From: Alphaproteobacteria bacterium
GTDB lineage: Bacteria; Pseudomonadota; Alphaproteobacteria; MPNO01
DNA length: 64,000 nucleotides
Assembly: GCA_964291675.2 (NCBI GenBank)
Contig: OZ219866.1
Coordinates: 3,552,001 to 3,616,000, forward strand
Direction of reading: 5' to 3'
The notes under the pieces were generated by a model, which saw nothing but the letters and a program-made list of their open reading frames with translations, had not been told where the DNA came from and searched no databases. Below are positions 57,535-64,000 of this stretch, one piece after another. The translations under genes were made by a program, and so were the position numbers. The stretch's first letter is position 1. Every line of letters starts with the position of its first letter.

Positions 57535-60500
57535 CTACCAGGAGAGCCTGGAGCGCAGCATGAATCCGTGGGCCGCGCGGTTGTCGTTGGCGGCCCTGCG
57601 GCGCGTCGCCTCGAGCCCCAGGTCGAAGGACATCCGGGCGGGTCGCGCCGGCGACAGGGTCCAGCCGATGCTGTAGTCGCGGCCCGTCCGGGAGAGTCCG
57701 AAACCCAGCCTCGGCGTCGCGGTGAAGCGGCTGCCGAAGGCGGGCAGGCCGTACCCGATCTCGCCGTCCAGCCGGCCCTCCGGACGGATGCCGGCATCGG
57801 CCGCGAGCGCCGCCGCGTCGCGCGCCGACCGCAACCGCCCCAACCCGCCCGGCGCGGGACCCCAGCTCGGCGTCATGGTGAGGGACACCCCCCTTCCCGA
57901 GTCGTCCGGCGCGACGTGGAACGAGCCGCCGGCACGCCACTCCCGGTAGCCGCTCCGGCCGCGCAGCGCCAGCGTCTCCACCCGGCCCGAGGCCGAGATC
58001 CGGTTGGCGGCGAAGCGCAGGCCGGCGCCGATTTCCACGCCCAGCCCGTCACGCGCATCCGCGCCGTCATAGCGCAGCCCCATCTCGACGGAGGGGGTGA
58101 GCGTCGCGCCTTCGGCGACCCGAACGGCGCTCTCGCTCTCTACGCTGAGCCGGACCTGGGTCGCTTCGCCTTCCTCCCGCCGCAGGTGGGCGGTGGCATC
58201 CGATTGGATCCGCATCCACATCGCGTCGGATTTCAGCGTCACCTCCGTGCCGAGCGGTCCGGACGGTTCGAGAATTGCGCCTTCCAGCCCGGCGGCGCCC
58301 ATCTGCATCCTGAGATCCGCGCGAAACGCGGGCATGCCCTCGGGGCGAAGCGAGACCTCGCCCCGGGCGGCGCCGGCCGTGCCCCAGGCGGACAGCCCCT
58401 CGCCGAGACGGAAACGCAGATAGGGGTAGGCGCCGGTCAAGTGGCCTTGCAGGTCGCCGCGGGGTCTGACCATGTCGGTTTTCGCGGAATAGGTTCCCTC
58501 GCCCTTGCTGAGCGAGACCAGCACCCCGGCGAGCGTTCGCGACCAGGCCAAGTCGACGCCGATCAGCCCGGTGACCGCCGCGCTGTCCAGATCGACGCCG
58601 TCGGACCGCTCGTCGATCCAATCGCCGACCGCGACGTTGCCCCATGCGGCGAACGCGGCGCCGTCGCCGGGGTCCCCGGCCGATGCGGCGTGGAAGCTGC
58701 TGCCGCGCAGAAACTCGCGCATGGTGGCGGTGCCCGTGCTGCGCCGCGGCTCGTTCTCCTCGTCCCGTCCGAGCCGGGCGTCGGGTTCCGGCGCGCGCGG
58801 GCCGGAGGATTCCGGGGTACCGCCGACCCGCGCGCCGCCCATGGTCACGTGCGACCCGCTGCGCTCGAACCTGTCGGCCAGCGCCTCCACGATCTGGCTC
58901 CCGACCATCCGTCCGAACCGGACGATCCAGACACGCAGCAGCGAGTCCCGGTCCTCGATCGTGCCGGTCGCCACGCCGTCGACGATGCGGGCGCCCGGAG
59001 ACGGGTTGGACAGCGTGAACGTCATCGTCTCGCGGTGTTCGTGCTGGACGTCGTCGAGCACCGGGACCTGCACGACCCGCGAGGTCACCCCGGCGGCGAA
59101 GTCGAGCGTGCCGCTCGCGGCCACATAGTCCTCCCCGGCCGTGGCGCTTCCGTCGCCCGTCGCGTATTCGACCGTCGTCGCGACGGTCCGCGACTGGCTC
59201 AGGGTCACCACGAAGCCGAGCGTCGCGCCCGGCGCTTCCCGGGTTTCCGCATCGGCGACGGAAAACGCGGCCTCGTCGGGCGTGTTCGGCGCCAGGGAGA
59301 GAGCCAACTCCGGCACCAAGTCGTCGTCCTGTATGGTGAGCGGTCCCTGGCCGGACGCGGTGCCGACCGCGAGATTGGCCGACGTGCCGGAGATGGAGAC
59401 GGTCTCGTCGTCCTCGACGAGCGTGTCGTCCACGGGCGTGAGGGTGAACGTGGCGCTGCCCGAGGCCTGGCCGGCGGTCACCGTCAGGTCGAAATCCGCG
59501 ACCTCGTCGAAATCGGTCCCCTCGATCGCCGTGCCGGAGCCGACCGAGACCCGGACCGTGGTGTCCTCCGACCGCGCGGCGCCGACCAGGGTCCCGGTCA
59601 CCGTGACCCGCTGCGCGCCGCCGCCCTCGTCCAGCGTGTCCGGCGACCAGGAGAGCCTCAGCCCCAGCGTCGTGTCGTCGTCCTGAATGGTCAGCGGCCC
59701 CTGGCCGGACGCGGTGCCGACCGCGAGATTGTCCGTCGTGCCGGCGATGGCGACGGTCTCGTCGGCCTCTTCGAGCGTGTCGTCGACCGGCGTGAGGGTG
59801 AAGCTGGCGCTGCCCGAGGCCTGGCCGGCGGTCACCGTCAGGTCGAAATCCGCGACCTCGGCGAAATCGGTCCCTTCGATCGCCGTGCCGGAGCCGACCG
59901 AGACCCGGACCGTGACGTTCTCCGTCTGCGTGGCGCCGACCAGGGTCCCGGTCACCGTGACCTGCTGCGCGCCGCCGCCCTCGTCCAGCGTGCTCGGCGA
60001 CCAGGAGAGCCTCAGCCCCAGCGCCGTGTCGTCGTCCTGAATGGTCAGCGGCCCCTGGCCGGACGCGGTGCCGACCGGGAGGCCTCCCGCCGCGCCGGAG
60101 ATGGCGACCGTTTCGTCGCCCTCTTCGAGCGTGTCGTCGACTGGGGCGAGGGTGACGCTGGCGCTGCCCGAGGCCTGGCCGCCGGTCACGGTGATGTCGA
60201 AATCCGCGACCTCGGCGAAATCGGTCCCCTCGATCGCCGTGCCGGAGCCGACCGAGACCCGGACCGTGACGTCCTCCGGCAGGGTGGCGCCGGTGAGCGT
60301 CGCGGTCACCGTGACCTGCTGCGCGCCGCCGCCCTCGTCCAGCGTGTCCGGCGACCAGGAGAGCTCGACCTGCGCCGTGTCGTCGTCCTCGATGGTCAGC
60401 GCAGCCTGGCCGGACACGGTGCCGACCGCGAGACCGTCCGCCGTGCCGGCGATGGCGACGGTCTCGTTGTCCTCGTCCAGCGTGTCGTCGACCGGGGTGA

Positions 60501-63237
60501 GGGTGAAGGCGGCGCTGCCCGAGGTCTGGCCGCCGGTCACCGTGATGTCGAAATCCGCGACCTCGGCGAAGTCGGTCTCCTCGATCGCCGTGCCGGAGCC
60601 GACCGAGACCCGGACCGTGGTGTCCTCCGACCGGGTGGCGCCGGTGAGCGTCGCGGTCACCGTGACCTGCCGCGCGCCGCCGCCCTCGCTCAGCGTGTCC
60701 GGCGACCAGGAGAGCGCGACCTGCGCCGTGTCGTCGTCCTGTATCGTCAGCGGCCCCTGGCCGGACGCGGTGCCGACCGCGAGATTGTCCGCCGTGCCGG
60801 AGACGGCGACGGTCTCGTCGGCCTCGTCCAGCGTGTCGTCGACCGGGGTGAGGGTGAAGCTGGCGTTGCCCGAGGTCTGGCCGCCGGTCACGGTGAGGTC
60901 GAAATCCGCGACGTCGTCGAAATCGGTCCCCTCGATCGCCGTGCCGGAGCCGACCGAGACCCGGACGGTGACGTCCTCCGTCTGCGTGGCGCCGACCAGC
61001 GTCCCGGTCACCGTGACCTGCCGCGCGCCGCCGTCCTCGTCCAGCGTGCTCGGCGTCCAGGAGAGCCTCAGCCCCAGCGTCGTGTCGTCGTCCTGAATGG
61101 TCAGCGGCCCCTGGCCGGACGCGGTGCCGACCGCGAGGCCTCCCGCCGCGCCGGAGATGGCGACCGTCTCGTCGCCCTCCTCGTGCGTGTCGTCGACCGG
61201 GGTGAGGGTGAAGCTGGCGCTGCCCGAGGCCTGGCCGCCGGTCACCGTGATGTCGAAATCCGCGACCTCGTTGAAGTCGGTCCCCTCGATCGCCGTGCCG
61301 GAGCCGACCGAGATCCGGACCGTGGTGTCCCCCGGCCGGGTGGCGCCGGTCAAGGTCGCGGTCACCGTGACCTGCCGCGCGCCGCCGTCCTCGTCCAGCG
61401 TGTCCGGCGTCCAGGAGAGCTCGACCCGCGCCGTGTCGTCGTCCTCGATGGTCAGCGCGGCCTGGCCGGACGCGGTGCCGACTTCGAGACCGCCGGCGTC
61501 GCCGGCGATGGCGACGGTCTCGTTGTCCTCGTCCAGCGTGTCGTCGACCGGGGTGAGGGTGAAGCTGGCGCTGCTCGAGGTCTGGCCGCTCGCCACCGTG
61601 ATGTCGAAATCCGCGACCTCGGCGAAGTCGGTCCCCTCGATCGCCGTGCCGGAGTCGACCGAGACCCGGACGGTGGTGTCCTCCGGCCGGGTGGCGCCGG
61701 TCAAGGTCGCGGTCACCGTGACCTGCCGCGCGCCGCCGCCCTCGTCCAGCGTGTCCGGCGTCCAGGAGAGCGCGACCCGCGCCGTGTCGTCGTCCGCGAT
61801 GGTCAGCGCAGCCTGACCGGACGCGGTGCCGACTTCGAGACCGCTGGCGGCGCCGGAGATGGCGACGGTCTCGTTGTCCTCGTCCAGCGTGTCGTCGACC
61901 GGGGTGAGGCTGAAGCTGGCGCTGCCCGAGGTCTGGCCGCCGGTCACCGTCAGGTTGAAATCCGCGACCTCGGCGAAGTCGGTCCCCTCGATCGCCGTGC
62001 CGGAGCCGACCGAGACCCGGACCGTGGTGTCCTCCGGCCGGGTGGCGCCGACCATCGTCCCGGTCACCGTGACCTGCCGCGCGCCGCCGTCCTCGTCCAG
62101 CGTGTCCGGCGACCAGGAGAGATCCACCCGGGGTATGTCGTCGTCCTGTATGGTGAGCGGGCCCTGGCCGCTGGCGGTCCGGACCTCGAGGTCGTCCTCC
62201 GCGCCGGTGATGGAGACCGTCTCGTCGTCCTCTTCCAGCGTGTCGTCGACCGGGGTGAGGGTGAAGCTGGCGCTGCCCGAGGTCTGGCCGGCGGTCACGT
62301 TCAGGTCGAAATCCGCGACCTCGTCGAAATCGGTCCCTGCGATCGCCGTGCCGGAGCCGACCGAGACCCGGATTGTGGTGTCGTGCGCCCGCGCGCCGTC
62401 GATCATGGTCGCGGTCACCGTGATCTGCCGCGCGCCGCCGCCCTCCTCCACCGCGCTCGGCGACCAGGAGAGCCTCACCCGGCTGGGGATGCAGAGCACA
62501 GCGGAGAGCCCGTAGAGATGCTTGGCGTTGTCGTTCTCGTAGAGGCTGCCTCCGGAGTAAATCCCCGAATTGTACCAGGGGCGTCCGATGGAGACGTGAC
62601 GTTGGCCCAGGGCCCGGCTCACGCCGTCCTGGACATTCTCGGTGCCGTTGGCCGTGCTCCCGGTCCAGACATGGACATTCTGCAGCTCGTAGACCAGGTC
62701 GCCGCGCTCGTTCCTGGCGATGAAGCTGTCCCAGCTTCCGTCGTAGAAGTCCTCATAGTCGTCGGCGATCCTGTGGCCGTTGAGCCAGTAGATCGGGACG
62801 CCCTTGTCTTCGTCCGTGTAGGTGGAGACCGTGTTGTCCCGCGCGTCGACCAGCGTGGTGCTCGCCACCGCGTTGAACTTCTTCCAGTAGCTGCGGATCG
62901 ACCTGTGTCCGAACCACTTCATGTCGAGCCTTACCCTCCCGTTGTACCACAATATGTCGGATCGCGTACCCGGCACGGTGGTTCTGGAGGTGATGAACAT
63001 CAGCCGGAAGCTGTCGCCCCTGCCGATCGCGGACGGTTTCAGCGGCCAATCGAGCGGGAACTCGATGCACGCCTGCGCGGGCGCGTGTCCGGCGGCGGCG
63101 AGAACGGCGGGCGCCAGCACCAGGAGCAGCGCCAGACGCCTGCCCCATGCCCGCCGACATCCACCGGGACGAACGCCGCCGCGCGTGGCGCCGTGTGAGA
63201 CTGCTGCGCCGCCGAACCCGAACCGAAGCCTCCCCAT
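57535..63237 (-). CDS. Giant autotransporter-like adhesin: N-terminal lectin-like domain, nine Calx-beta-like repeats, a Calx-beta domain and a beta-barrel
   Basis: Signal peptide; acidic tandem repeats; ATAGEDY...GTLDFAAG; WIVRFGR linker; terminal SRLSW; start uncertain. Confidence 0.85.
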   Translation of the reverse strand: MGRLRFGFGGAAVSHGATRGGVRPGGCRRAWGRRLALLLVLAPAVLAAAGHAPAQACIEFPLDWPLKPSAIGRGDSFRLMFITSRTTVPGTRSDILWYNGRVRLDMKWFGHRSIRSYWKKFNAVASTTLVDARDNTVSTYTDEDKGVPIYWLNGHRIADDYEDFYDGSWDSFIARNERGDLVYELQNVHVWTGSTANGTENVQDGVSRALGQRHVSIGRPWYNSGIYSGGSLYENDNAKHLYGLSAVLCIPSRVRLSWSPSAVEEGGGARQITVTATMIDGARAHDTTIRVSVGSGTAIAGTDFDEVADFDLNVTAGQTSGSASFTLTPVDDTLEEDDETVSITGAEDDLEVRTASGQGPLTIQDDDIPRVDLSWSPDTLDEDGGARQVTVTGTMVGATRPEDTTVRVSVGSGTAIEGTDFAEVADFNLTVTGGQTSGSASFSLTPVDDTLDEDNETVAISGAASGLEVGTASGQAALTIADDDTARVALSWTPDTLDEGGGARQVTVTATLTGATRPEDTTVRVSVDSGTAIEGTDFAEVADFDITVASGQTSSSASFTLTPVDDTLDEDNETVAIAGDAGGLEVGTASGQAALTIEDDDTARVELSWTPDTLDEDGGARQVTVTATLTGATRPGDTTVRISVGSGTAIEGTDFNEVADFDITVTGGQASGSASFTLTPVDDTHEEGDETVAISGAAGGLAVGTASGQGPLTIQDDDTTLGLRLSWTPSTLDEDGGARQVTVTGTLVGATQTEDVTVRVSVGSGTAIEGTDFDDVADFDLTVTGGQTSGNASFTLTPVDDTLDEADETVAVSGTADNLAVGTASGQGPLTIQDDDTAQVALSWSPDTLSEGGGARQVTVTATLTGATRSEDTTVRVSVGSGTAIEETDFAEVADFDITVTGGQTSGSAAFTLTPVDDTLDEDNETVAIAGTADGLAVGTVSGQAALTIEDDDTAQVELSWSPDTLDEGGGAQQVTVTATLTGATLPEDVTVRVSVGSGTAIEGTDFAEVADFDITVTGGQASGSASVTLAPVDDTLEEGDETVAISGAAGGLPVGTASGQGPLTIQDDDTALGLRLSWSPSTLDEGGGAQQVTVTGTLVGATQTENVTVRVSVGSGTAIEGTDFAEVADFDLTVTAGQASGSASFTLTPVDDTLEEADETVAIAGTTDNLAVGTASGQGPLTIQDDDTTLGLRLSWSPDTLDEGGGAQRVTVTGTLVGAARSEDTTVRVSVGSGTAIEGTDFDEVADFDLTVTAGQASGSATFTLTPVDDTLVEDDETVSISGTSANLAVGTASGQGPLTIQDDDLVPELALSLAPNTPDEAAFSVADAETREAPGATLGFVVTLSQSRTVATTVEYATGDGSATAGEDYVAASGTLDFAAGVTSRVVQVPVLDDVQHEHRETMTFTLSNPSPGARIVDGVATGTIEDRDSLLRVWIVRFGRMVGSQIVEALADRFERSGSHVTMGGARVGGTPESSGPRAPEPDARLGRDEENEPRRSTGTATMREFLRGSSFHAASAGDPGDGAAFAAWGNVAVGDWIDERSDGVDLDSAAVTGLIGVDLAWSRTLAGVLVSLSKGEGTYSAKTDMVRPRGDLQGHLTGAYPYLRFRLGEGLSAWGTAGAARGEVSLRPEGMPAFRADLRMQMGAAGLEGAILEPSGPLGTEVTLKSDAMWMRIQSDATAHLRREEGEATQVRLSVESESAVRVAEGATLTPSVEMGLRYDGADARDGLGVEIGAGLRFAANRISASGRVETLALRGRSGYREWRAGGSFHVAPDDSGRGVSLTMTPSWGPAPGGLGRLRSARDAAALAADAGIRPEGRLDGEIGYGLPAFGSRFTATPRLGFGLSRTGRDYSIGWTLSPARPARMSFDLGLEATRRRAANDNRAAHGFMLRSRLSW
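59320..62482 (-). repeat. Nine tandem ~351-354 bp intragenic repeats
   Basis: Unit LSW(S/T)P.TL.E.GGA.QVTVT...GTAIEGTDF.EVADFD...TLTPVDDTL.E.DETV...LTI.DDD counted nine times. Confidence 0.9.
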
Positions 63238-63425
63238 ATCGGCGTCTCCCCAACACCGTCAGATATCAGACATAACAATTTATGAATACTAAGACAACCA
63301 AAAGTAATCGCAGGCGAGCGTGCGCGAGGCGTCCACACAGGATTGTGAAGGATTCCCGGGACGCCGGCGGGTTGGGCCGGGTTCGGCCGGCTTCAGCGAA
63401 ACGCGCGGCCGAAGCGACCGGCGCT

Positions 63426-64000
63426 TCACCCCGCCGGGCGGCGCCGCAGCGTACCGGCGGGGACGGTTGCGAGGTAGATGCCGCCGAGCACCAGGAGGCC
63501 GCCCGCCGCGTGGTACCAGGCGATGGCCTCGCCGAGGAAGACGACGGCGAGCAGGGCGCTGAACACCGGGTACAGGTTGCCGAAATAGCCGGCGCTCGCG
63601 GAGCCGACGCGGATGACGCCGGCGTTGTAGAGGCTGAAGGCGATGACGCTCGCGAACAGCCCGAGATAGCCGACCATGAGCAGCGTGTCCCGGTCGAAGC
63701 GCATCGCGCCGCCGAGCGCGATCTCGACCGCGTAGATCGGTAGCAAAGCGAGCCAGCCGAGCCCCATCGAGGCCGTCACCAGGGCCATGATGTCCATCTC
63801 GGGCGGCTTGTAGCGCAGCATGAAGGTCTGCACCGCCCAGCACAGCACGGCGGCGAGGCACCAGAAATCGCCCGGGTTGAGCCGAAGCGTCCGCAGCACC
63901 GCGACATCGCCGTGGACGACGACCAGCGCCGCGCCGCCGATCGACAGGACGAGGCCGCCCACCTGCCGCCCGGTGATGCCGGTGCCGGCGTAGACCGCGC
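63426..64000 (-). CDS. DMT/EamA transporter, 5'-truncated by the window edge
   Basis: LNPGD; GLFASVIAF; NLYPVF..LGE; multiple TM segments. Confidence 0.85.
   Translation of the reverse strand, partial: AVYAGTGITGRQVGGLVLSIGGAALVVVHGDVAVLRTLRLNPGDFWCLAAVLCWAVQTFMLRYKPPEMDIMALVTASMGLGWLALLPIYAVEIALGGAMRFDRDTLLMVGYLGLFASVIAFSLYNAGVIRVGSASAGYFGNLYPVFSALLAVVFLGEAIAWYHAAGGLLVLGGIYLATVPAGTLRRRPAG

Noticed and set aside
62480-63070. Diversity-generating retroelement target (lectin-like domain)
   Set aside because: No reverse transcriptase and no template repeat with adenine-specific mismatches in the window.
57568-63198. 1876-aa plus-strand ORF, and similar long antisense ORFs such as 22196-25099
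   Set aside because: These are shadow ORFs produced by high GC codon bias opposite real genes, with no recognisable motifs.

Overview
High-GC bacterial chromosomal segment, most consistent with an alphaproteobacterium (inferred from CGTC-type palindromic repeats and gene content). The giant repetitive surface proteins resemble those of host-associated marine symbionts (inference). It holds about 55 CDS, mostly catabolic: an oxc-like gene plus frc, kynU, three UbiD paralogs, a Rieske oxygenase alpha subunit, an HpaB-like monooxygenase, a LuxE/LuxC/SDR module and a MetE-like gene next to a three-subunit nitrile/thiocyanate hydrolase-type cluster. Accessory elements include two perfect parS palindromes, two vapBC-type loci, an orphan higA, an AT-rich ApeA-like HEPN gene bracketed by a duplicated vapC 3' end, an IS186-like IS4 element inserted in a REP hairpin, and two autotransporter-like adhesins. 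The best candidate for an undescribed system is the tightly coupled pair at 17363-20951: a RecQ helicase fused to a PRTase domain, and a DprA-like protein with a duplicated C-terminal HTH. It echoes both the ShosTA/DprA-PRTase defence systems and the ComFA/ComFC/DprA transformation machinery. No CRISPR array, rRNA or tRNA was seen. All calls come from reading motifs by eye; no searches were run.
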